Of a stretch of 64,000 nucleotides of DNA, positions 1 through 12,230 are shown one piece after another (the first letter of the stretch is position 1; each line of letters begins with the position of its first letter). The notes under the pieces were generated by a model that saw only the letters and a program-made list of their open reading frames with translations, had not been told where the DNA came from and made no database searches. Source of the stretch: Negaprion brevirostris (lineage: Eukaryota); the NCBI GenBank assembly GCA_030324005.1, contig JARDVH010000097.1, forward strand, positions 79,151,651-79,215,650, in the 5' to 3' direction. A program made the translations under genes and the position numbers.

Positions 1-126
1 GGAAACCCACACAGACACGAGGAGAATGTGCAAACTCCACACAGACAGTGATCCAAGCTGGGAATCGAACCCAGGTCACTGGAGCTGTGAAGCAGCAGTG
101 CGAACCACTGTGCGACCGTGCCGCCC
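1..126 (-). mobile_element. HE1-type V-SINE, 5' part (cut by window edge)
   Basis: Reverse complement reads GGGCGGCACGGTCGCACAGTGG (A box) ... GGTTCGATTCCC (B box), then V-domain TGTCTGTGTGGAGTTTGCACATTCTCC. Confidence 0.9.
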
Positions 127-129
127 CCT

Positions 130-199
130 TATTTAATGGCAGAGGCTCAAGGGGCCAGATGGCTTACTCCTACTCCTAGTTCTTACGTTCTTATGTTCA
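130..199 (+). mobile_element. CR1 LINE 3' terminal fragment
   Basis: GGCTCAAGGGGCCAGATGGCTTACTCCT followed by TTCTTACG/TTCTTATG tail repeats. Confidence 0.7.
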
Positions 200-421
200 T
201 TAAGACACATTGGCGAGCATTGCTGCTCAGTTGATGTATGCACACCAGCACTAACTGGTTGGATTGAATGTCCTTCTCGAAATGTATGTAAACACATCAC
301 TGCACTGCGTAAAATCTGAATAAGGTTATCCCAACAGCTTGGGTAGAAAACGCCTCCTTGAGTGTTCTGTCACTACTTTACCACTACTTCAAAATATTAA
401 TTTTCTTTAATCTTTTGTCCC

Positions 422-500
422 AGTCATGGGACGTGTGCATCACTGGCTAGCCTACATCTATTGCCCTTGTTGCCCTTGAGAAGGTGGTAGTGAACTGCCT
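422..500 (-). mobile_element. 3' tail of the second CR1-clade LINE/SINE family
   Basis: Reverse complement resembles the tail at 49340-49430 (CACCTTCTCAAGGGCAA...GCCAG...CCCATGA). Confidence 0.65.
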
Positions 501-749
501 CAGGGGTGAAATACTTGCTTTTCCATTTCTATACTGCATAATTCTGCACCAGCTGTCTATGATATTTAAGGAAGATTTTCACCAGTGTAATGCTGATCTT
601 GATTTTTTATTAGTTTATGTAGATTTTGTTTTAACATCCAAACAGCCCACAGGGAAGCCCCTTATGATGAAAAATAGCGTACAGTTTCTTCCAAAAGTAC
701 GCTGTCATTAACAGATTTCTTGCCAGAATTATTGGTAAGAAAATAATGC

Positions 750-1010
750 ATCGGAGCTTGCTGGAGCTGGGGATCTCACACCGTGCCCAGTTAACAGTGC
801 CTTGTAAAAACCTTTGGACCCCCTCTTCGGCCTGATGGCTGGACAGCTCCTGAGTCTCAGCAGCAACCCCTGATTTTTGGCTGCTTGCTCAGGTGGTGCT
901 TGGTCAAACTTCAGCTAGCCATGGTACTCTTGCCACTGCATTTCTGCCTCAGCAGCAGCAATGAGAAATACTGTCAACTGGTCTGGCTGAATTCTAGAAT
1001 TCTTAGCCCT
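750..1010 (-). mobile_element. Possible PIF/Harbinger transposase N-terminal remnant
   Basis: Minus-strand NSRIQPDQLTVFLIAAAEAEMQW and ...HQAEEGVQR resemble N-termini of shark Harbinger transposases as I recall them; no catalytic motif seen. Confidence 0.3.
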
Positions 1011-2658
1011 TCTGTGAGGAGTTGGAGAAGGAGTGAGAGGGTGATTCAGCAAGGCCATCCATCCCTGGACACTTCCCTTGTCATCCTGCAGATGAAGCCA
1101 GTCCAACCCCTTGCCATTCCCGTCTCCCTTATCACTTAACTTGCACAGTAATGGATAATTGATGCTGCCAATTTCATCTTATTGTTGTCAATGGCCTCCT
1201 CACCGAGGGAAAGCCCTCCTATTCCTCCGTGGTAGTGGAGCATTTCATTTTCTGTTGAAAATGGATTCTCCTCTGTGGCCCCATGCCTTCTGGATCCACC
1301 AGTGTTGTCAGGTGCTCCATGGTGCGAGGCATCAGACAAGATCCAAGTGTGGTCCACAAGCCTCAAGCCCTGCCTATGACTGCCTCTTCCCTTGAACTCA
1401 CCTTGAATGTTGTGAATGATGACAGAGTTACATTATCAATGACGATGGACAGTTGATAGGAGACTCAATGCTGGCAGGAATGTGAGAGGGCACAGGCATT
1501 ATTAGGAGTAAATAAGAAAGCCCATAGGATGCACAGGCCACCATCTTACTGTTGAATGACACATTCCATAGTACGGGCCAGCCAGTGTTGGAATTTTGAC
1601 TTCAAAATGTCAGTCAAGGACCTCCTCGCTCCCATTCCCTCCAGCCCAAGTACTTGACAGTTCAGCCCTGTTCCCTTTTAGTGGCTTGCAGCTAGGCCCT
1701 CTTTCTGGAAAGATTCATGCCTCCCAACTCTTCCAGCCCAATCCAGCAGGCTCAAACCCACAGGGCCAGTGGCATCAACATCAGAGTTGGTGGAGCTTGA
1801 CTCTCTGGCCTTATTGTTGCGTTTTCCAGGAACTCCAAGAACAGCATTTCATTCAGGGATCCTTGTTTCTTGTGAGCTGAGGTAGATACTAGTGTGTTGC
1901 TGATGTAACTGATGACCAGGCTTGAGTATCATTCCTCAGATGTTGGAGTGCAGCTTCAACTAGACAGTAATGACATTGAAAGTTAGGCCTTGTTGGAAGC
2001 AGAACAGATTGATCATTTGGTACGGAAAGCAGGCCATCCAAACTTCCCATTTCTGCTAGAAATGGGAAGCTTCGCAGGCAAGGATAAAAAGACTAAACCA
2101 AAACAAAATGGTACTAGAAAGCTTTCCTTCTAAAGAGGAAGGTTTAGTTGGGAATAACATTCTATGAAAAAAAGGGCCCAGACTAAACAACTGTGCTCAA
2201 GAAAGGAATTGGGGTCAATCAGGCATGAGAAGATCATATCAATAATGCAGGCATTGGTCTCCCCTGCAGCTGTCAGTCAGTGAGCTTTATGCAGCTCATG
2301 TACTGAGTGTTCCTTATGTAAGCCAAGCCAGCCAATACTCTCTGATGTGGTTTGAGCTTTAAGTGAAACAGTCCTGTGACATGCTATGGAGCGGAATGTG
2401 ATTGTGAGCAACACCTGATAAAGGGAAACTGGTGTCAAAGGAGTTCAAAGTCCTCTAGCAATAATTGTGGCTCCTGAAATTAAGAAACACCTGTCAACAA
2501 CTGAGAAGGCTCACAGACGTTCAGGGGCATGCACGCACGCATTTCCATCTAAACAGGAGACTTAACATGCAACAGGCAGGAAACGTTGATATCAGTACTA
2601 AGGGGCCTGAAATTTAAATCTATCAGCAAGACTTCCTACCATCCCACAGCAAGGTGGA

Positions 2659-2728
2659 GGGGTGGCATGTTGGCACAGTGGTTAGCATTACTGCCTCAGT
2701 GCCCAGGACCTGAGTTCAATTTCAGCTT
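2659..2728 (+). mobile_element. HE1 V-SINE tRNA-like head fragment
   Basis: TGGCACAGTGGTTAGC A box and GAGTTCAATT B-box-like motif. Confidence 0.75.
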
Positions 2729-3453
2729 AATTAAATGCAAATAGGCAGACATGCAAAATAAATAAGTTCCCACCTGCATTGGGTTGGAACCTGATTGGGG
2801 GGCTGGTGGGGCCAGTTAGGTGACTTGCAAATCGCTTGGCGCCCAGCGGGAATGTCATTTGGCCCTTGTACCGAAAGCAACAGGGCCATTGGGATTCCCA
2901 GAAGAACTGAAATTGAGTTTGGAAGTTGATGCTTGAGAGCATCTGTTGTGTAGTATGGTGTGTTTGACCACAGTTTGCCATAAATAGGTTCTTGAAGAGA
3001 AGTGAAAAATCCCACTCTGACTTACGTATGCCCAAAAGAACAGAAATTCAGGAGAAAAAAAAGGGTTTCTACGTAGACAATACAGCAATCGTTACTTGGC
3101 CTTTGGATTTTCAAGGACGGGTGAGGTCTCTTGCCCAATCCCAGAAAATCTTATTTGGAGGGAGAAACTCTCAAATGCTGCAATGGTATGAAGAAAATTA
3201 AAGTTTCATTTTGCTGCAAAACAACGTTCAAGCCCCAGTACTTCAAGATCTGAGATAACAAAATGTAAAGCATGATGAACGTATGATAGAACGTGTGCGG
3301 GTTTCAGAATGTGCAAGTGACAAGTTACCTGGTGGCTGAGCTTGCAAAATCGAAGAAGACATGCAGCATATCCAAAACCCTATTTTGTCGGCATGCAAAA
3401 GGATTGTGAGATTAATGTTGGGAGCTTATGCTGCCAAAGAAATCAACAAAGTT

Positions 3454-3579
3454 GAAAGCAAAACACTGCAGATGCTGAAATCTGAAACAAAAACAGAAAT
3501 TGCTGGAAAATCTCAGCAGGTCTGACAGCATCAATGGAGAGAGCCAAGGTTTCAAGTCAGGATGTCCTTTCGTCAAAAC
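3454..3579 (-). mobile_element. Penelope-like element terminal repeat inserted in the hAT transposase
   Basis: AAAACAGAAATTGCTGGAAAATCTCAGCAGGTCTGACAGCATC motif; hAT frame reads ...KEINKV / IPLSD across it. Confidence 0.75.
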
Positions 3580-4383
3580 ATTCCTCTTTCTGATATACTC
3601 AAATGGCATGTTGATGAAATGTAAGTTTATATTGAACAGGTGCTGCAAGAGAAATTNNNNNNNNNNNNNNNNNNNNNNNNNNNNNNNNNNNNNNNNNNNN
3701 NNNNNNNNNNNNNNNNNNNNNNNNNNNNNNNNNNNNNNNNNNNNNNNNNNNNNNNNTGATGAAATGTCAGTTTATATTGAACAGGTGCTGCAAGAGAAAT
3801 TAGAGGAAAATTTACCTTGCAGATTGATGACTCCACAGATATTAGCGGACACCGCCAAATCATAGCCGATGTCAGGCATGTCCATGGATTTTCTATCAAA
3901 CAGAATTTCTTCTTTTGCAAAGATTGCCTGGTCATGTGAATGGGGAGCAAACATTTCATGTCACAATTGCTGAGCTGGAGGAAAACAGTTTTAACTGGAC
4001 CAAATGCAATAGCATCTGCATTGACTGAGCAGCTTCTGTGACAGGAAAAATCAAACAATTTGATTAAAATGAGAGAACAGAATTCCGATATCCAGGTCAA
4101 CTACTGTACCTTGTATCATGAAGTCCTTGTTGTGAAACAACGTTACCTGAGTTGACTACAACATTAAACCAAGCAATGAAAATTGAATTATATGAAATCA
4201 CGTGCTTTGAAATTGTGTTTGTTTGCTATTTTTGTGTGAAGCAATGGGAGTCAAGTACTAGGGTTTATGTGTGTACACAAGTGTGGTGATTGTCTAGGGA
4301 AAGATCTTTTTGTGTTGTGTGCTCTGTAATGTGCTGAAAGAGTTTTTGGCTCTGAATTGCTGCATAAAGATTTAATATGTAAT

Positions 4384-4563
4384 ACAAAAACAAAAACTGC
4401 TGGAAAATCTCAGGCCTGGCAGCATCTGTGGAGAGACAAAGGGTCATCCAGTCTTAAAATGTTGACTCTATTCTCTCTCCACAGATGCTGTCAGACCTGC
4501 TGAAGCTTTTCTGCATTTTCTGTTTTGTTTCAGATTCCAGCATCTGCAGTACTTTGCCTTTAT
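4384..4563. mobile_element. Palindromic (inverted) Penelope terminal repeat
   Basis: CAGCATCTGTGGAGAGA ... TCTCTCCACAGATGCTG inverted arms. Confidence 0.75.
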
Positions 4564-5759
4564 TTTCGTATATGATGATTCTTGGTGTGCTAAGCTTGCA
4601 CATCTTTCAGATTATATTCAGCTGCCTGAATGAGCTGAATGCTGAAATGCAGGAGGAAAATGAGAATATTGACTGCTACAGATGAACTTCTGTTTCGATC
4701 CAAACTGGCCTTTAGGTCGGAAAACATAGCAAGTTGGTCAGTTAACATGTTCAAGCTGGCATCAGTAAATCTTTTTGGCAAAACTCTACCCAACCTCATC
4801 TCCACACATCTTAAAACTACCGGAAAAGTTTGAATGCCACTTACCCAGTCAAAATCACGGAGAGGATGTGATTCATTGAGTTCAGTTTCTTTTGAATTAT
4901 CAGAGAAATTGTCACAAACTGATCAAGATAAATTTGCAGTTTGTACACAATCTGAAGTTTGGATTGTACATAAACAGGTTGCTTGGGGGGCAAGAATATC
5001 CACCTATTTCAGATTGCACTATAGCAGTATTGTTACCTTTCCCATAATCTATCTGTGTGAGTTGCTGTTCCGAACACTGACTACTATTAAAGAAAACAAA
5101 AGGAGGTAGTGCCTGTCAACGGAACAAGTCCTCTGAATTGCCCTATCATCAGTTCCTCCCTGGATCAAGAGACTCTGCTTGGAGGCAGGCCCAGTTGTCA
5201 CGTTAACGTTGTGTAAGGTGTTGCTTCAGTATTTCCTTCATTTATGAAATTGTGTATATTTTGAATAAGGAGTCTTGTATTTGACATGCAACTGGTGATG
5301 AGGCTTTCATTGTAAACTAAATAAATTTGTATTAAATGGGTGTACTATGTTTTTAGAGAACAGTAGTTGGAGTAAATAGGAAATGTGCTCCAAATTTTCT
5401 TGTAGTATGAAGATATGCTGAGACACACAAGATTGGGCACCACTGCCCTAGATGCATTCTATTCTCTAACCATTATCTGCAGAATGTTTATTATCAACTC
5501 TAGGAGTGAATTAACAATTGCAATCTATTGAGCTATGCTTTTATAATTTTTAGATTTTTTTTTCTTTTTATAATCTTTTTTGATTACTTGGTTTAACTTG
5601 TCTTTTCCTGTCAGTTCAACTGTCTTCTAACTTGGTTTAATGAGCAGAACCAGTTACTTAAGTCTCAGCAGCTGATGAAAGGTTATCTAAGAATGCTGGT
5701 TTTGAAAATCCACGTTGATAATCTTTAATCAGTTGCTGCGATTGAAGTAGCACTCTTGA

Positions 5760-8662
5760 TAGAACCAGAGAAAGGTTACAGCACAGANNNNNNNNNNNNN
5801 NNNNNNNNNNNNNNNNNNNNNNNNNNNNNNNNNNNNNNNNNNNNNNNNCCCACTTTCCTTCACTGGGCCCATAGCCTTATAGCATATAGCACTTAAGTTG
5901 CAGATCCAGGTAAGTTTAGCGTCTCTGACTCCACCACCAACTCAGGTAATGAAAGCCAGACACCTACTATCCTGTGTAAAAATAAAAAAGAATGTTTCTC
6001 CTCATGATTCCTCTCAACCTTCTGCCATTTTTCTTGAATCTATGTCCCCTAGTTCTAGATTTCCCCACCAAGGGAAACAATTTTATCCTGTTCACTATAT
6101 CTCTTGCTCTCATAATTTTGTACACCTCTATCAAGTTATGCCTCAGCCTTCTTTGTTACAAGGAAAATACACAACCTATTCAATCTCTCCTCATTGTGAA
6201 GACCTGCCAACATTCTTGCAAACCTCTCCTGCACTCCAGAGAAATTGCAATCTTACTGTAATGTGTGACCAGAACTGCACACAGTACTCCACTTATAGCC
6301 TCAGTGGTGTTTTATACAATTCCAACATTGTTGCCTTATTTTTTCCTTCTATAGCTCTGCCAGTGAAGGCGAGCATTCCATATGTCGTCTTTACAACCTT
6401 GTCTACTTGAACTGCTGCCTTTCAGGACCTGTATACTTGTACATCAAGGTCTCTCACTTCATTTACCCTCTTTGTATATTCTCCTTTATTGCATAATTCC
6501 CTAACTGTTTGACCTCCCTACATGCATTATTTTGCATCTCTCTATGCTAAAATCCGTTTGCCAGTTTACCGCCCATTCCACCAACCCATCAATATTGTTT
6601 TGGAGATTATAGCTCTTCTACACTGTCCACTACTGGGAAAATCATTGTATCATCTGAAAATTTTGCAATTGTGCCTCCCCCACGTTCTTGTCCAAATTGT
6701 TAATACATAACACAAACAGTAAGGGTCCCAACACTGAGCTCTATGGAACACAACCTGAAACAGTTTTCCATTTATAAGGGCATCCATCAACCATTACCCA
6801 TTGTTTCCTGTTACGAGCCAACTTTTGATCCAGTTTCCCCATTAGCCTGTATCTTATGGACTTTTACTTTTTTGACCAGTCTGCCATGTGGGCCGTTGCC
6901 CAACACCTTGCTAAATTCCATGTAGACAACATCCAGTATACTATTTTCATCAACCCTTCTTGTCCCTTCCTCAAATAATTCAATAAAATTTGTGAGACAA
7001 GAAATTTATTTAACAAATCTATGTTGATCATCCCTGACTAGTCCATGCCTATTGTGACAGTTAATCCTATCTTTCAGGATTGGTTCTACTAATTTGTCCA
7101 TCACCGATGTAAGACTGGCCTATAATTGTTTGGCATTTTCTTCAATCTCTTTTTGAACAATGGAACTGCATTTGCACTTCTGCAGTCCTCCAGTAGCTCC
7201 CCTGTGTCTAGTAAGGGTTAGAAAATCAGCCTCAGAGCATCTGCTGTCTCCTCCCTTCAACAACCTCAAACAATCCATCTGGCTCTGGCGACTTATCAAC
7301 TTTCATGGATTCCAATCCTTTGAGTACTTTGTGTCTCTTTATGATAATCCCATCCAATATCTGTATTCCTCCTGGACTTCTATAGCTGCATTATCCCTTT
7401 CCTTTGTAAACACGGAGATAGAATATTCATTTTGAACCCTTCCTACAGCTTCTGCACTATCACGCAAGTTCCCTTCTTCACCTCTGATAGGTCCCACTTT
7501 TACTGTAACTAACTTTTTACCATTAATATATTGGTAAAACGTCTTTGGGTTTTCATTAATTTTACTTGTTAATCTTTTTTTCATGACCTGTATGATTTCC
7601 TTGTTTCCTTTTTTGCTTTGTCCCACAACTCCCTTTTATTTGTCCAGGCTTCGTGCTTTGTGCCTATTGTATGCTTTCATTTTCTATTTGATCTTCCCCT
7701 GCATTCCTCTGGACAACTGGGGCGGGGGGCGGGTCGGGGGGGGGGTGCAATTAGATTTGGCAATACCGCTCTTNNNNNNNNNNNNNNNNNNNNNNNNNNN
7801 NNNNNNNNNNNNNNNNNNNNNNNNNNNNNNNNNNNNNNNNNNNNNNNNNNNNNNNNNNNNNNNNNNNNNNNNNCCATGGTAATACCAAATTAATTGAATT
7901 GTGATCACTATTTCCATCTGGTCACCAAATGTTGCTTCGCCTACTTGTCCTCCTTTGTTCTTCAAAAATAGGTCGGGAATTGTGTCTCCCCTTGTAGGGA
8001 TTGTCACTAATTGGTTGAAAACATTTTCCTGGTCAGACTGCTTGCATTTTCCTCCTACCGTGTCTCTTGCATTGTTTGAATCCAGGTTGATATTGGGATA
8101 AAGTCTCCCACTATTATTGTCCTCTTGTGCTTGCAGGTAGAAATTTGACAACTTATTTGTTCTTCTATCTCCCTTTTTATTAGTTGGGGGTCTGTAGTAT
8201 ACTACTAGTAGTTTGACTGTCCCTTTTTATTTCTAACCTCAAACCATAAAGCCTCGTTTGTTGACCCATTTCGTGTATCACCTGTTTTCATAACTGGAAT
8301 TGATTCTTTAACCATTATTGCTACTCCCCCTCCTTTTTCATATATCTCCCACTCTATTGTGTCTGAATATTCTAACCAGGGATATTGAGCTGCCAGTTTT
8401 GTCCCTCCTTTAGGCAGGTTTCCGTTATAGTAGATGACATCCTGCTGTCATGTCTACCTGTGCCCTTGACTCAGCTACCTTGTTTGTAATACTCCTTGCA
8501 GTTTAACCCCGTCAATTTCCCTTGCTGAACACTTTTTAAATTTTGCTTCTCCTGTAATTCCAACTATATCACTGCATCTTCTATGTCACTGGTTAATGTT
8601 CTACTTCCATTTTCCTGATTTGAATCTGATCCTGTTCCATCCCCATGCTGCACTAGTTTAAC
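5760..8662 (-). mobile_element. CR1 LINE, decayed ORF2 (APE endonuclease + RT) and 3' end, about 2.9 kb
   Basis: Minus-strand peptides NPKTFYQYINGKK..VGPIRGEEG and NVFNQLVTIPTRGDTIPDLFL; CR1 tail at 5760. Confidence 0.9.
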
Positions 8663-9651
8663 TACACAAAAATAGTTTGATCTTAAAAATAATTTGGAAA
8701 CGTGCGCTAAGCTAAACTATTCAGGCTGTTTTTGTTTCAACCACCCTCTAAGTTTTGAAAAGCAGTTCAAACCATTCTAATGTTTAATATTGCATTTGAC
8801 ATTGTGGTAACATGATTTTTATTGCACTACAATTAGCATGAAGATCATAATGTGACTGGTTTAAAGGAACAGTCACCTTGTCAAATCCAAACCAAAACAC
8901 TATACTTTTCTGTTGCAGAAAGAATACCTGAAAAGCTAAGAAAAATTACATATACTGAAAAACTGAACCTGAGTTAAAAAATATTCGAAAGGAGTGATGG
9001 CCAGTTGATTGGTATCCGGAAAGAATTGATACAATGAAAGAAACAGTAGACACTAGAAATCTTGGCGTGCTTAAAAACATAAGGATATGCAACACTTATG
9101 AGAAAATAAACAGTTATAAGCCCAAGGAGGAATTGAGACATGTTTAGGGTGGGTTGTTCTGTTGGAACATCTGATAGGGCTGTTCTGGACTACACTATTT
9201 TGGGCCCCTGGCACCTCCTATTTCTGTCAGTTATTTTTACTTGTTTTCTCATGCCTCCATTTCTGCCTGCTTCACTAGCACACCTCAATTGCCTCAGTTT
9301 TTTGCAGACTCTGTGTGCTACTAAATATCTTCGAATTCTCTCAGTTTACATCTTATTGTGTTACATTTGCCATTTAACTATTTCATGTTTAGAGGTTTAT
9401 AATGTGCATTGTTATGGTATCAATATAAATTTTTAAAAAATAAATTTACATTTTATTTTTTAAACAACCTTCATTGTACCAAAGTTAGTTGCAGTGCAAT
9501 AAAAATCGTTATCACAGTGCCGAATTTAATATAAATATTAGAATGATTTGAACTGTTTTTCAAAGTTTAGACATGAGGGTTGGTGCAAGCAGCCTGACTT
9601 ACTTAAGTGCACATTTGCAAATTATTTTTATGATCAAACTATTTTCTTGTA

Positions 9652-9750
9652 TTTAAACTAGTGTAGCAGGGGGATGGGATCCCAGGAGTAGGATCAGATA
9701 GATCAGATTCAAATCAGGAACAGGGAGGTAGAACATTAACTAGTGATGTG
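9652..9750 (+). mobile_element. CR1 fragment at the ORF1/ORF2 junction (same family as 8580-8662, opposite strand)
   Basis: TAAACTAGTG...ATCAGATTCAAATCAGGAA...GTAGAACATTAAC matches the reverse complement of 8580-8662. Confidence 0.75.
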
Positions 9751-9899
9751 GTACCTGAAAATCCTAACAGCACTGTCCTTTTATTCTATTTTCATTTCCA
9801 CCCAAGAATTCCCCAATAATTTATAGGATTTTGAGTGTTCTTTTACTTCTCCTGGGACCAAATGAAGATATGTCACAGCTATTGGGAATTTGCTTTGAT

Positions 9900-10190
9900 T
9901 CTCCTCAGTGGTCCTACTATTTTTTTGAGACATGACATTTCTTGGGGTCCTTTTACCAGTGTCAAGCTGATGCACCCTTCAATTCTCCTTCAATACCTTA
10001 CGGATTGTGAACTGTGCAGCTCAAGTTTGGACCTCTTTACATGCTTTATTAACAATTCCATATCAGAAACACCCCTAGTTTCTGACATCCCTCGGCTACT
10101 AGTTACAGCTGCTTTACAGCTCCTGATCCAGCCTTTAACTGCACTTTTAAAACTAGCAGATGAAAAGTACATCCTAAATAACCCTACTTG
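9900..10190 (+). mobile_element. Old L2/CR1-clade reverse transcriptase remnant
   Basis: ORF 9835-10203 HDISWGPFTSV..HPSILLQYL..LDLFTCFINN..VSDIPR..LLIQPL parallels the RT pattern DLSAAFDTVDH.ILL.RL..WF.SYL..SGVPQG..YMLPL. Confidence 0.4.
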
Positions 10191-10195
10191 GGTAG

Positions 10196-12230
10196 GAACA
10201 TAGAAGCAGGAGTAGGCCACTCAGTTCCTTGAGCTTGACCCACTATTTTCCCATATTATCCCCAAATCCCTTGATGCCAATAGTATCTAGAAATCTCTGA
10301 CTTAACTTTGCTCTGACGGAGCTTCTACAGTCCTCTAGGGTAGAGAATTCTTAATATGCCCATCCTCTTAAACTCTTGAGAATCCAGGCCCAGTCTCCAC
10401 AATCTGTGCTCATACCATCATTCCAAGCATTAGCATAGTGAACCATCACTGTGCTCCCTCTATGGAACCTACATACTTCCTTACGTAAGGGGCCCAAAAC
10501 TGTACACAATACTCCGAATGAGGCCTGACAAGGGTCTTATAAAGTTGCAGCATTACCTCCCGACTCCTAAACTCAATCCTTCGATTAATGAAGGCCAGTA
10601 CACCATACGCCTTCTTGACCACATCCTCCACCTGCGAGGCCGATTTANNNNNNNNNNNNNNNNNNNNNNNNNNNNNNNNNNNNNNNNNNNNNNNNNNNNN
10701 NNNNNNNNNNNNNNNNNNNNNNNNNNNNNNNNNNNNNNNNNNNNNNNNNNNNNNNNNNNNNNNNNNNNNNNNNNNNNNNNNNNNNNNNNNNNNNNNNNNN
10801 NNNNNNNNNNNNNNNNNNNNNNNNNNNNNNNNNNNNNNNNNNNNNNNNNNNNNNNNNNNNNNNNNNNNNNNNNNNNNNNNNNNNNNNNNNNNNNNNNNNN
10901 NNNNNNNNNNNNNNNNNNNNNNNNNNNNNNNNNNNNNNNNNNNNNNNNNNNNNNNNNNNNNNNNNNNNNNNNNNNNNNNNNNNNNNNNNNNNNNNNNNNN
11001 NNNNNNNNNNNNNNNNNNNNNNNNNNNNNNNNNNNNNNNNNNNNNNNNNNNNNNNNNNNNNNNNNNNNNNNNNNNNNNNNNNNNNNNNNNNNNNNNNNNN
11101 NNNNNNNNNNNNNNNNNNNNNNNNNNNNNNNNNNNNNNNNNNNNNNNNNNNNNNNNNNNNNNNNNNNNNCACAGTACTCCAAGTGGGGTCTGACCAGGGT
11201 CTTATACAGCTGCAGCATTATCTCCCGACTCCTAAACTCAATTCCTTGATTGATGAAGGACACCCAGGCCCCTTCAGGGGCGCTAACAGTTCCCAATCTT
11301 TTGCTATTTAAGAAGTACTCTGTACCTCCCTGATAACCACTTATACACATTATATTTCATCTGCCATGTTCTTACCCAGTCACTGAGCCTTCCAGTTCCC
11401 CACAACTCTGCTTTCCACCTATTGATGTGTCATCTACAAACTTGGGGATATTACATTTGGTCCCCACATCCAGATTACTGTGATTATGATCAGCTGGGGT
11501 CTTAAGTACTGAACCTTGTGGTACCCCATTGGTCACAGCATGCCAATCTGAGAATGATCCATTTATTTCTACTGTTAACCAAACCTCAATCCATGTCAAA
11601 ATATTGCCCTTTATGCCGGATGCTCTAATTATGTTAACTAACCTCCTTTATTGAAAACCTGAGAATCCAAATACACTATATCCACCATTTCCCCTTATCG
11701 CTACTGCTGGTAACATCCTAAAAAAATATTCCCAGTAGATGTGGCAAGCATGATTTCCCTTTGAAAAGTCAATGTTGATTCACACCAGTCAGGTCATTAT
11801 TTTCTAAGTTGTCCAGTTTCACATCCTTTATAATAGATTCTTGCATTTTACCAACCACTGACAATAATCTTAACGGGTCTGTAGTTTCCCATTTTATGTC
11901 TACCTTTATTAAACAGTGAGGTTATATTTGCAACCTTCTAAACTGTCTTCCTCTGTGAAGGCAGATACAAAGTAATTATTCAGTTTCTTTGCCATTTCCC
12001 TATTCTCCATTATAAATTCTCCTGTCTCTACCTGTAATGGACTATGTTTGTCCTTGCTAATGCTTCCCTTTTTACATATCTACAAGAACTATTACAGTCT
12101 GTTTTTATATTTTTTGTCAATTTTCTCCCTTTCTTTATCAGTTTCTTGGACCTCAAATTCTGAAATACTTCTAATCTTCAGGTTTACTACTTTTTTTGGC
12201 AACTTGATGAGTCTCTTCCTATGATCTAAT
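10196..12230 (-). mobile_element. CR1 LINE(s), RT to 3' end; at least two nested copies around gap 10648-11169
   Basis: VKKAYGVLAFINR.IEFRSREVMLQLYKTLVRPHSEYCVQFW; VTNGVPQGSVL; KFVDDT. Confidence 0.9.

Larger units (their letters stand above)
2980..5445 (+). mobile_element. Fossil hAT (Charlie/Buster, ZBED5/ZBED8-like) DNA transposon with frameshifted transposase
   Basis: Colinear motifs: (M)xRFLKR start; RQYSNRYLAFGF..CPIP BED region; SYLVAEL; IPLSD; FTLQIDDSTDISGH (catalytic D region); YCTLYHEVL (CxxH-like); FPIIYLCELLFRTLTTIKENKR (dimerisation domain); 3' TIR-like GATTGGGCACCACTG followed by CCCTAGAT (NNNTANNN site). Confidence 0.88.

Noticed and set aside
2980-5210. Domesticated ZBED/SCAND3-like host gene
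   Set aside because: Many stops and frameshifts, two TE insertions and a retained TIR indicate a dead transposon
5898-6410. 170-aa plus-strand ORF (and the 192-aa ORF at 12340-12918)
   Set aside because: Antisense read-through of CR1 3' regions
10518-11350. Long ORFs of 175-265 aa
   Set aside because: Mostly X from the N gap; the flanks are CR1 RT fragments
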